DNA of 64,000 nt from Eledone cirrhosa (lineage: Eukaryota). Both the position numbers and the translations under genes were made by a program. The stretch is from assembly GCA_964016885.1 (NCBI GenBank), contig OZ024740.1, forward strand, positions 376,154,001 through 376,218,000. Reading direction: 5' to 3'. Shown here piece after piece: positions 1-12,422 of this stretch. Numbering within the stretch: the stretch's first letter is position 1; the number at the start of each line of letters is the position of its first letter. The notes under the pieces were generated by a model that saw nothing but the letters and a program-made list of their open reading frames with translations, was not told the DNA's origin and searched no databases.

Positions 1-23
1 TTCCTTATATTAACCAAAAAAAG

Positions 24-177
24 TTCATTATTTAACGATCGTTTCTAGGATATATATGTGTTAGAGTTGGCATGCATATTCAACAGATCTATGTACAAAA
101 TTATACAAAATTATACAAACTATCAAGATTAAATATACATACCAACACATATATACGCCGTCTTCAGAAATAATGAA
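24..177 (-). ncRNA. Type I hammerhead ribozyme, long stem II
   Basis: Minus strand: TTCATTATTT-CTGAAGA-(about 115 nt hairpin)-GAAAC-GATC-GTT-AAATAATGAA. Perfect 10-bp stem I and palindromic stem III ACGATCGT. Confidence 0.85.
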
Positions 178-789
178 ATATATTTATTGATAATAACAAC
201 AATTCAAACTTTCAGGTCCGTTTGGGAACAAAATTGACCAATGAAAATACAAAAGGTTTAATGCCGTTCGGTGTGTGTATATACATGTAATAACCCATAC
301 ACATATTTTACAAAAATGTATGCACAACCTGTATACTCATACAAAAAGGATGGATGCAAATACAAAATTTCAAGGTTAATGTCTCTGTAAGTTTATAATG
401 CACAGATAAGATGCGTATAGATACATAAATATGAAATAAATGTATACACAAATTTTCATACTAACACATATCCGTACAATCACACATACACGCGCGTATA
501 TGCATAAACATACACATAAACTACAAACATACAAACACACACACACACCACCACTCACATATATATATGTGGATATAAAATCCTAAGCACATGGATATTA
601 ATTCACTCACATAAACACTGGCACACACATTTAGATAAAGATACAGAAATTAGGTGGGAGAGGGGGGAGAGGTCAGTATTCAACGGTTTGGGCTGCCTGC
701 TTAATATAGATGTATCTATAAACTAAGAAAATAAAAAATAATAATAAATAATAAATAATAAATAAACATTAAAAAGGAAAGAAAAGAAA

Positions 790-1082
790 AAGAAAAAAGA
801 AAAAAGAAAAAAGAAATATATCAAGAAAATATATATATATACATATATATATATATCTATATATATATATATTTATATATACATATACATACATATATAC
901 ATACATACACATACATACTCACACACACACACACATATACATATACACATACACATATACAAACACATACATACGTATACACACATCCACACTTAGAACA
1001 TAACATACACACACATATATAAACATATACATATATACACATAGATACAAATACACACATACATATAAATACACATATATAT

Positions 1083-1149
<67 letters not shown>

Positions 1150-1440
1150 CATACACTCATACATACGCATATAATCACACATACTATATAGACACACATA
1201 TATATACACACATACATACACATATACCTATACTTACATACATATATACATACAGATATACACATACATACCTATATATACACACAAATACATACAGACA
1301 TATATACATACATACAGACAAATACTTACGCATCTATATATCGGTATATACATACAAACACCACTACACTCTCACACAACTCAGACATACAAAGAAAAAG
1401 GTATATACCCATACACATATACATATACAAATAGAGAAAC

Positions 1441-1504
<64 letters not shown>

Positions 1505-1724
1505 ATACATATACATATACACATACACACATACACATACAAACACATACATACATGTACACACACATAGATATATATACACACACATACACACATACAC
1601 ATACATATATAGTCATACACACACATACACCTACACGAACATACACATACACATATACAAAGATATATACACACACACACACACACATACACACACACAC
1701 ATATATATAAAAAAAAAATAAAGA

Positions 1725-1792
<68 letters not shown>

Positions 1793-2123
1793 CACATACA
1801 TACACACATACACAGACATACACGTACATACATACATATACATAGATACATACACATACATACATACCTATATATATACACTCATAGACATATACATACA
1901 TACACACACAACATACATACACACATATATACTCATACATAGAATTAGATATATAAACATACATACATACGCACTTACGTATACTCATATATACCAATAC
2001 AAACGCATCCATATATGCGTATATACATAGAAACACCACTACACCCTCACCCAACTCAGATATACAAAGAAAAAGGCATATACATATACATACATACACG
2101 CATTAATAGAGATATATATACAC

Positions 2124-2157
<34 letters not shown>

Positions 2158-2403
2158 ACACACATACACTTATATACATAAACCCACACACACATACAAC
2201 CATAAATACACATACAAACACCCACATATATAAATATATACACATATATATATATATACACACACATAAAAAACAGACATGCACACATATATATTTTTTT
2301 ACACATATATATACACATATATATACATATACACACCCTCACATATACACATACACATAAGTTATATTATAATAATAAATAATATATATATATATACACA
2401 TAC

Positions 2404-2434
<31 letters not shown>

Positions 2435-2745
2435 CATATATATATATATACACACACACATATGAATATAGACATATAAACACACATAGATATATATACA
2501 TACATATATACACATACATATACACACACACACATATACACATTCACATATACATGTGTGTGCATACACACATATATATACATACACACATATACACATA
2601 AACACATATATGTGTATACATGCACACACACACATATATCCACATAGATACGAAGATATACATATAAATAGAGAGACATACATATATATACACACACACA
2701 CATATACATATATACATACACACACATATATATATATACATATGC

Positions 2746-2804
<59 letters not shown>

Positions 2805-2900
2805 CAGACATACACATACACATACATATACACACATGCATATAAACACACATATACACATACATACACACATATATATATATATATACACACAATCATA
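790..2900. repeat. Compound (TA)n/(CA)n/(TACA)n microsatellite field
   Basis: Directly visible. It produces the YIYI/CVCV pseudo-ORFs in the track. Confidence 0.95.
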
Positions 2901-4149
2901 CATTCTTATTTGCATGCGCATATATGTATTTTTATATTCAGATATAAATACCCAAATATATATACACCTACCTACATATATATTCATACATACACGCTTA
3001 CAAACACAGATGATAATAGTATGGGGGAAAGGGGGGGGGTTGGAGAAGGGGATTATAGTAAATATATGTTTCAAGAAACATAGAATATTATCCGTATCTA
3101 TATCCAATGTATGTTTATACATAGTATCAGTGTTAGGAAATACAATAAACAAGGAATAAGGCAAAATTTATGCAATTCAAAATAAATAAGTATACCATTA
3201 ATTATATGTTAACTAAACTAAAGATAGTTAACATATTGATTTCTAAGGTGTAAATTAGTTAGGTTTATAATATTTGAAGCAGAATTTTGAAGTTAAATAG
3301 TAGTAGAGTATTAATTATAGTATAACTAAATTAAAGTTAATAACTTTATGGTATCAATATTAGGAAATGAATTTAGTAATAGGGAAAAAACAAATAAAGT
3401 ATTACATCGGTAGTAGAATATAAAATATAGGTTAATTAAATTAAAAATTATATATTTATTTCTATAGTATATGTTAATTAGGTATATAATAAATAAAACA
3501 GATATTGTATTTTATCAATAGCAGAATATAATTATATGCAAATAGAAATCAAAATTAATACATATACATATACATATACATACACATATATATATACATA
3601 TATATATACATATATATATACATATATACCCACATACATACGCACATACATACACATACACATATACATATACATATTTTTTCAAAAATTGCAAAGAATA
3701 TATTAACTAGGTATAAATCCAAAACACATCCCATTCTATGATTAGATGACATTCTGCAATTCGTCTGTATAAGGATATTAATTTTAAGCCAATTAAATTA
3801 AATTTTTAGGTTGATTAAAATTAAAACCAAATTATAAATATATTTCTAAAATGTATATTAAATTAGGTCTATATTACTAAAAATTATTTCTCTGTCATTG
3901 GATACACTATATTTTGTTATATTTTATCTGTAAAAGAATTATAATAAAAAAAATTTATAATAAAAGGTTTAAATAAATTAAAATTAATCTATAAATTAAA
4001 ATACTAAGTATATATTAGTAATATTTAAAGGTTTTTCACAATTTATGATTACATAATATTTTATATTCTCATCTGTAATAGAATTTTAATTAAATTAAAT
4101 TTATAGGTTAACTAACATTTAAATTAAATTAATTTCTAAAATAATGTTA

Positions 4150-5460
4150 TTAATTAGGTTTATAATATTTAAATGTTTTTTTTAGTTTATGATTACACGA
4201 TATAATTAATTCCTGTCGTTTATTTAATAGGATATCCTTAGATTTCATTATTTCAAATAGTTCTTGGGAACATAATCTACATTCATTTCTATTATTTTGA
4301 TAAGGGGTGGCTCTTTTGAGCACACTCCAGGTCAAATCATATTCTATATTCTTATTTTTATAACTATTGATTTTTTCTGCTAGAGATGTTGTATTAGCCA
4401 GTGCGGCATTTTTAAAACTATGCTTATGGGTATTAAACCTTGTCTTAAAATTGTTAGAGGTAGCTCCTATATATGAGCAAATAGAATCTTTAGTTTTAAC
4501 ATTACATTTATAGACTATGTTGTTAACAAGACAATTCCCTTTTAATGGGCAGTTTGCTTTGTTTCTACAGTTACAACCTTTCGTTAATTCTGTATTTGAG
4601 GAGATATTATGGTTAATTTGATGTACTGGTGGTATACTTATGGTTTTCTTACATTTATATGCATTATAGGCACTTATATTTTGTTTTATGTTATTTGTTG
4701 TAGAGTATGAGAATTTAACTGTAGACCTATTTAAGATTTGATGGTATTTGTGGTTTGGCGGGAAGTTTTTCTCTAGGATATAAAAAAATTTTTTAGCAAT
4801 ATTATCCTTAATTTGTAAATTAAATGGAGCATTATACCAAGTAACCCGTCTATTACGGTTTCTATGTTGTTTATTATTTTTATTATTTTTATAGGTTGTA
4901 TCGTGATTTTTACTAGGAGGATTAATGTTAATGAACTCACCACAACCATTTTTAGTTATATTTGTAGATTTAGGTGTTTTATCCTTTTTATTAGGAGTTT
5001 TATTAATATGATAAGTAGTTTTTTGAGAGTTACTATACTTTATATTAGAAGATTTGGTATTTTGGGGTATAGTGTGGGTGGCATTTAGGTGTGTACTTTT
5101 CATTTGGTGTTCGTTGGTAATATTAGGTTGTATGCTTTCAGTATTTTTAGTAGAAGGTATATATTCTAATCTATTTTTGTGGCCACTTCTATCTAGAGCT
5201 TCGTTATAGAAGGTCGCATTTTTATCAAATACATCTTGGTTAGAAGAAAGGTTAGAAATTCTAAGTGATATATTATATGCAAGGTTTTTAAGGATAGATT
5301 TAGGGTGATTAGATTGTGAGTGTATGTAATGTAAGTTTTGGTTTGGTTTATGGTAAGGTTGGTAGCTAAATCTAAAGTTATATCTAGGAAATTTACTACT
5401 TTACTTGTTTTTTCAAAAGTAATATTAAGATTATAATAGTCTTTAAGGAAAGTTCTAATA
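4150..5460 (-). pseudogene. PLE ORF fragment: RT C-terminus, CxC linker and GIY-YIG endonuclease
   Basis: Upstream of the listed ORF: KVVNFLDITLDL / PYHKPNQNLHYIHSQSNHPKSILKNL (frameshift near 5360). Then WYNAPF, CNCRNKANCPLKGNCL, IVY..SYIGATSNNFKTRFNTH, CRLC and LLNKRQE..CNH. Confidence 0.9.
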
Positions 5461-6076
5461 TGTTTTTTGTTTTTTTTTCTAATATGTTTTTTGTTTATTT
5501 ATTATTTATTATTATTTTTTATTTTCTTAGTTTATAGATACATCTATATTAAGCAGGCAGCCCAAACCGTTGAATACTGACCTCTCCCCCCCCCTCCCAC
5601 CTAATTTCTGTATCTTTATCTAAATGTGTGTGCCAGTGTTTATGTGAGTGAATTAATATCCATGTGCTTAGGATTTTATATCCACATATATATATGTGAG
5701 TGGTGGTGTGTGTGTGTGTTTGTATGTTTGTAGTTTATGTGTATGTTTATGCATATACGCGCGTGTATGTGTGATTGTACGGATATGTGTTAGTATGAAA
5801 ATTTGTGTATACATTTATTTCATATTTATGTATCTATACGCATCTTATCTGTGCATTATAAACTTACAGAGACATTAACCTTGAAATTTTGTATTTGCAT
5901 CCATCCTTTTTGTATGAGTATACAGGTTGTGCATACATTTTTGTAAAATATGTGTATGGGTTATTACATGTATATACACACACCGAACGGCATTAAACCT
6001 TTTGTATTTTCATTGGTCAATTTTGTTCCCAAACGGACCTGAAAGTTTGAATTGTTGTTATTATCAATAAATATAT

Positions 6077-6230
6077 TTCATTATTTCTGAAGACGGCGTA
6101 TATATGTGTTGGTATGTATATTTAATCTTGATAGTTTGTATAATTTTGTATAATTTTGTACATAGATCTGTTGAATATGCATGCCAACTCTAACACATAT
6201 ATATCCTAGAAACAATCGTTAAATAATGAA
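6077..6230 (+). ncRNA. Type I hammerhead ribozyme (inverted pLTR copy)
   Basis: CTGAAGA at 6087-6093, GAAAC at 6209-6213, GTT site, 10-bp stem I. Confidence 0.8.
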
Positions 6231-6368
6231 CTTTTTTTGGTTAATATAAGGAATTGTTTATTCATTATTTGTTTAATATTTTATATATATATATATTTAT
6301 TAAATATGTGTGTGTATATATATACATATATATCTTTGTATATGTGTATGTGTATATGTGCGTGTGTA

Positions 6369-6412
<44 letters not shown>

Positions 6413-6469
6413 GTGGGTATGTATGTGTATATGTGTATATACATGAGTGTGTTTATATATGTGTATAGA

Positions 6470-6526
<57 letters not shown>

Positions 6527-6727
6527 TGTGAATGTATGTATATATGTATGTGTGTATATATATATATGTGTGTATATATGTATATGTCTATGTATTTATA
6601 TGTGTATATGTATGTGTCTCTATATGTATGCGTGTGTGTATGTGTATGTGTATATATATGGTGTGTGTATGTATATGTATGTGTATGTATGTGTTTATGT
6701 ATATGTGTATGTATATGTATGTATATA

Positions 6728-6778
<51 letters not shown>

Positions 6779-6804
6779 ATCGATGTATATTTTATATTTT
6801 ACTT

Positions 6805-6841
<37 letters not shown>

Positions 6842-6849
6842 CTTAATAT

Positions 6850-7005
6850 TTTTCTTTTTTCTTTTTCTTTTTTTTTATTTTTCTTTTTCTTTTTCTTTTT
6901 CTTTTTCTTTTTCTTTTTCTTTTTCTTTTTCTTTTTCTTTTTCTTTTTCTTTTTTTCTTTTTCTTTTTCTTTTTCTTTTTCTTTTTCTTTTTCTTTTTCT
7001 TTTTT
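6850..7005 (+). repeat. (TTTTTC)n tandem repeat
   Basis: Directly visible. Confidence 0.9.
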
Positions 7006-7920
7006 TTATTTCTAAATTTATAGATACATTTATAAATAGGCAGTTTGCTGACACCAGTAAATACTGACCTCTTCCCCCCCCCCACCTACTTTCTGTATCT
7101 GGATCTAAATATGTGTGGCAGTGTTTATGTGCGCGCATTAATGTCCATATGCTTATGATAATAGTATATACACATATATGTGTGTGGGGGTGTGTGTGTG
7201 TATGTATGTTCGTGGTTGTGTGTATGTTTATGCGTATACGCGCGTGTGTGTGTGAATGTATGTATATGTGTGAGTATATGAATGTGTATATATTTATTTT
7301 TATATTTATATGTTTATATGCGTATATGTATTTTATCTGTAGATTATAAACATACAGCGACATTAGCCCTGAATTTTTGTATTTACATACATCTTTTCGG
7401 CATGCGTATGCATGTGAACATATATTTTTATGCATATCTGTGAACGAAGTTACTTACATATATACACACACCTAACTGTATAAACTTTTTGTGTTTTCAT
7501 TGGTCAATTTGAACTCTGTTCCCAAACAGACCTGTAATTTTGAATTGTTGTTATTATCAATAAATATATTTCATTATTTCTGAAGACGGCATATATATGT
7601 GTTGGTATGTATATTTAATTTTGATAGTTTGTATAATTTTGTATAATTTTGTACATAGATCTGTTGAATATACATGCCAATTCTAACACATATATATCCT
7701 AGAAACGATCGTTAAATAATGAACTTTTTTTGTTTAATATAAGGAACTGTTTCATTGTTTTATTCATTATTTTTTTAATATTTTATCTTGACTCTGTATT
7801 CCGTTTATCTTTCACCGAAAGTGATTTTTCATTGCATCTCTTCTTTCCATGATATCCGGATTACATTGAGTTCTTCATACGGATTGGACACTACCGTAAA
7901 CTCTTGGTAGATTTATCTAC
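7005..7920 (+). mobile_element. Third, more diverged copy of the same pLTR plus 3' tail
   Basis: Direct copy of about 5520-6285 with substitutions and indels, followed by about 130 nt not present after the previous copy. Confidence 0.85.
7570..7723 (+). ncRNA. Type I hammerhead ribozyme
   Basis: TTCATTATTT-CTGAAGA...GAAAC-GATC-GTT-AAATAATGAA. Confidence 0.85.
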
Positions 7921-7951
7921 ATAATATGTATACATATGTATATATATATAT

Positions 7952-8555
7952 GTCACCAGTTGGTGCTACTGGTAACATGTATCCCAGTACAACCTGTCTC
8001 ATGGTCGGGTCGTTGGCGACTAAACTGGCAACCCCACCAAGGTTTCTTGGTGAGGAGGGTGACTTTGGACATCCTGCAGGACTAAAAACAAAACCTGTCA
8101 AAGGGCAAAGGAGCTCTTAAGAGTCAATGGCCATCCAAAATCACCGGGAGAGATGACCCCTTAGCCTTTGTCAAGGCAGATTTCTAGGAGAAGGAAAACT
8201 CTGATATAACACCTGCAACCCTGATGGTATCCAATGATGTTGACTTGTTCTTCTTTTTGGTAAATATCATCTTAGTTAAGAGAGTGGGACTGGCTTTGTG
8301 CAGTGCCTTTGCTCACTATAAAAGCTTCACGGCACAGGCATTACTTTATATCTGGAGAGCTCTCTGCACTTGTTGTCACATGGTACCATGGGCCCAGCAC
8401 TATGTATCAATAATTGTCACAAGTGTAGTGTTTGTACCAGAGTTTTCAAGTCGCTGGCTGGACTAAAAAGTCACACTTGTTCAGCGCATCGGTAGGGGTT
8501 CTCCTACATGGATATAAAGTAGTGGCCGTACTCGAAAACGAGTTTGCAGCCACCA
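7952..8555 (+). mobile_element. Probable 5' region of an RTE-type LINE (non-coding fragment)
   Basis: GC-richer island between microsatellites containing AGGAGAAGGAAAACTCTGA (about 8186-8204), a motif I recognise from RTE 5' UTRs. No intact ORF. Confidence 0.45.
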
Positions 8556-8899
8556 TATATATATGTGTGTGTGTGTGTGTGTGTTTGTGTATGTGTGTGT
8601 TTGTGTGTGTGTGTGTGTGCATATACGTTCCTGCATTTTTCCTTATTTGTCCATTCTTGCATATCGGGCTGCTTTTTTCAGTATCCTAGGCCAATTTCGC
8701 AATGAAACACACACATACCACACCTATAGACGACAGATGTAAGCTCTTTATTTATAGCTTTCCACTGTGTTAAGTCATTCGCTACATTCGGGATTTTCGG
8801 TTTCTAAGCATTTCAACTCATTTGACAATATATATATATATATACATATTTTTAAAATTTGTTTTGCATGATTTCTTATCTGAAAATGTGTGTTGAAAC

Positions 8900-9180
8900 A
8901 GATATTGTTATACTGTGAGAGGATCATGCTGCCAATAAAAACACACGCACCTGTTGGTTTTCAATTCAATTTATTATACATTTCCCATTGGTTGTTTCGA
9001 TAACCGGATGGTTGTTTATATATTATCAAAGCCCTTTCATCACACATTCTGTGACCTCCTCAGTGACTAGGTTTTTATTTTGTGTCTCTCATTGTTCCTG
9101 TCCTACACAGGATGATGAAGGACAGGACCAAGGAGAGACACAAAATATAAACCTAGTCACTGGGGTTGTCACAGAATGAT
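8900..9180 (-). mobile_element. PLE pLTR fragment (family W) with fold-back; HHR at 9025-9067
   Basis: Similar to 31515-31740 and 46745-46950. 9045-9104 is inverted at 9119-9178. Minus strand: GTCA-CTGAGGA-GGTCAC..GTGAT-GAAAG-GG-CTT-TGAT. Confidence 0.7.
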
Positions 9181-9941
9181 ATATATATACAGAGAGAGAC
9201 AGAGATTGAGAGAGAGAAAGAAAGTGAGAGAGAGGGTGAGAGATAGATATATATATGTAGAGAGAGATTGAAAGAGAGAGAGAGTTTAAGAGAGAGAGAG
9301 AGAAAGATTCAGGGACACCGTGTTGCGTTGTGTATGTGAGCAAAACGGCACATCGGTTCACCCAGCATTAGATATGAGTTGCGACTTTACTGGTGCCAAG
9401 CTGCATCGCCCTTCCTTTTCTGTTTTACAACATCAGTGTCGTAGAGAGAGCTTGCTGGTATTTAGGATGTCTACCGGTCTTCCGCAAAAACATCTTGCCC
9501 GGGCTTGTGCCACGGAGTGTCAATATCTTGGTGCAAAAACGATGTTCATTCCTGACATACATAAATACACCTGGGACAATGTGTGTGTTTGAATGAGTGT
9601 GTGTGCGTGTGTGTATATGCGCGCGCGCATGTGTATGTGTGTGTGTGTGCATGTGCATATACGCGTGTTTTTATTGCATATATATATATATTACAATATA
9701 AATAGGTTTGAATTTGTAAATGTTAGTAAAAGATTATTTTACTTGAATTTTAATATTGCGTGTATCGTATGATTAAAATCACTCATTTTTGTTATTTCAG
9801 TGAAATGTTAAGTACGTCACGCTACAATATCTCGGTCTATTTCATGGAATATTATGTTTAAGTAAAATGTTCCAATTAATATTCCATTATATTTTCTTAT
9901 CAATGAAAAAATATTATAAGATTCAATTTAAATTTTATCAG

Positions 9942-10584
9942 AATTGTATGTACTTCGGCGAATTTTAAAACATTATATAACTTTATAAAGAAAATCACAA
10001 AGAAAACGAAAACGTAAGAAGCATATATTCGTTCTGTGCGGAGCAAATGCAAAAATGCGAGGCAGATATATATTAATAGTATAGAGTACGAACTGTAAAC
10101 ATGAATACGAATTTCATTTCATCTCTACCTAATTTCATCTTTATTTGATCTGACGTAGCTTTGTATTATATACTGTCTATACATAGTATCATAATTATAT
10201 ATTATTTTAAATAACCTCACTTGTGTTTTTCAACTATAATTGGCTGGTTTCTCTCTATTTGAACAAATAGGAAAATAAAGGAGCACGCAGCATACAAATT
10301 GTCTGGAGGATATAAAAATCTAAATATTACCAGAGGATATCGTAGATGAAATATATATTAAAACGATTTGAATGACTAGTGAATATATGCAATAGGTTTT
10401 AAATATTTTATGAATTTCATATATTATTTTATATATAAATATATGTACCTTTAGCTCCGTTTTTATAGCTTTTACAGCATTATTTTAAAACATGCATTAA
10501 AAGAAAAAATGTAAATTTTATTTTATTTTTCCAGGAAAGATTTTAATGGATTTTAAATTAGAAAAACTATATACATATGGAATG
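9942..10584 (+). other. Possible three small exons of an unidentified gene or pseudogene (9942-10013, 10271-10341, 10535-10584)
   Basis: AG/GT bounded and phase-compatible, giving IVCTSANFKTLYNFIKKITKKTKT-KIKEHAAYKLSGGYKNLNITRGY-RKILMDFKLEKLYTYGM. The second donor is weak and no protein family is recognised. Confidence 0.25.
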
Positions 10585-10724
10585 GTAATTTATGATCAAT
10601 TTGATGGAAAAAAGTCTGCTTATGTGTGTATATGCATGTGTTTCAATACGCAGAGAAGCATGCGTACACAACTACATACATAGATACACAGTTGCATATA
10701 TAGATACCTACATACATACGTACG

Positions 10725-10918
10725 TTCATACATACATACTTGCATAGATACATACATACATACATACATGCTTGCATGCATACATGCATGCATGCATACA
10801 TGCATACATACATACATACATACATGCATGCATACATACATACATATATACATACATACATACATACATACATACATACATACATACATACATACATACA
10901 TACATACATACATACATG
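10725..10918 (+). repeat. (CATA)n/(CATG)n microsatellite
   Basis: Directly visible. Confidence 0.95.
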
Positions 10919-11709
10919 AAGCAATGTACTTTTTGGATCGGAAATATTTCCTGTTGAAGAAAAATACGAAAGAAATTGCCATGCAGCTTTAATAGCATAT
11001 TAATCATAATTTAATGCTATTTATTTCTACTATTTCCACTGTCTCTTTTAATAATTCTAATGTTGTATATAGTAACTATTGATTCAGTGTAAATAGGGAA
11101 TATCATTTTGTTTGCTTCATTGCCTCTTAAAAGGTATATTTACACACATACAAAAATGAAGATACATAAATATGTTCGCCTATCATATGAGGCTAGAATG
11201 ATGTTAGATTTGAGGAAAATATTTATCAGCACACACGACATTGATTTATATGAATTAGCATTTAACGTATCGATTTTCCCTTCTGTGAGGTGCTGTAGAG
11301 ATATATTTGATATCGTAAAGCGACGCAGACGAACAAAAGCTGACTTAATAGTATAATTCATCATACTTGTTCAACAAACAGAAAGTAGCAACTCCTTATG
11401 AAAGGAAAACGATTGTAGCATCATTATGTATCTTCCTTCTAAAATATTACGTGAATATGGACAGTAGAGATGTAAACAGAATAATGAATCTCAGAGTCCA
11501 ATGCACTCTCACATATACATACACACATATATACGTACATACTGACAGACATGCATATATAAATATGCAATACAACTGGCTTTCCACAAAATACATATAG
11601 TTAGCACCCCAGACACTAAATTGGGCTTATACTAACGTATAACCTAATGTTTGTTGAGTGAGATGGTTACCAGTCGGAGTTTAGCTTAAAGCTTTCTCTG
11701 TTATTGTAT

Positions 11710-11808
<99 letters not shown>

Positions 11809-11825
11809 GCATATATATATATATA

Positions 11826-12075
11826 CGTCGGTGCCGTCTGGCTGGCCATATCTGCGTCTGCCAAATGAACGCATTCGAAAACAGCGATGAACTGGACTCC
11901 GCCTGGCGGTAAACGGAGGCGGGGTTGCCCAAGGATCACATGGCGACGAACGTTCCGGAAGGACCCGATGGCAGCCAACATCACCTGGCACGCTCTCGAA
12001 AAAGTTGCTGCTGATCGTGACCGTTGGTGAGTACTTACTGCTCGATGCGCCGAACGGCGCGGAAGAATCTAAGAT
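11826..12075 (+). mobile_element. 3' end of an RTE-type LINE ORF (decayed)
   Basis: Frameshifted translation [43 protein letters not shown], typical of the RTE C-terminus. Confidence 0.75.
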
Positions 12076-12381
12076 ATATTCATGTGTGCCTGTCTGTATA
12101 CGTTAGTGTATATTTGTTTCTGAGTGTGTACGTATGTATTATTTTGCCAATAAACGTGTCATACCCCGTATCTTACCGTCTGTTGGAAATTAGGTTTTGA
12201 GAAATGGTCTATATTATTAACTGCTACGTTGTTTATTTTGATTCCTTTTAATGATATTGTGCTCCCTGAGCATCATTGAAAACTCATTTTCATGCGGTGT
12301 TACGATATGAGTATATATTTATATGTATGTGAAAGGTAGACGGGAATTACAAAACAAAAGGCACGCACGCACACATACATG

Positions 12382-12421
<40 letters not shown>

Positions 12422-12422
<1 letters not shown>

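Larger units (their letters stand above)
1..6290 (-). mobile_element. 5'-truncated Penelope-like element with inverted pseudo-LTR (arms about 1-747 and 5493-6253)
   Basis: 1-747 is the near-exact reverse complement of 5493-6253. The minus-strand RT-thumb/GIY-YIG coding region lies between them, and each arm contains an HHR. The left arm runs off the window edge. Confidence 0.9.

Noticed and set aside
857-3164. Many long ORFs ([12 protein letters not shown]) here and throughout the track
   Set aside because: They are translations of TA/CA/TACA microsatellites, which lack stop codons.
6843-7435. K/R/E-rich ORFs (also 47316-47624)
   Set aside because: They are products of (TTTTTC)n and (GAAAAAA)n repeats.
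7983-8028. HDV-like ribozyme at the putative RTE 5' end (CCAGT/ACTGG, ACC/GGT, GTCG/CGAC, CTAA)
   Set aside because: P2-, P3- and P4-like pairings are present, but there is no room for the P1 3' strand. It cannot be supported without the family consensus.
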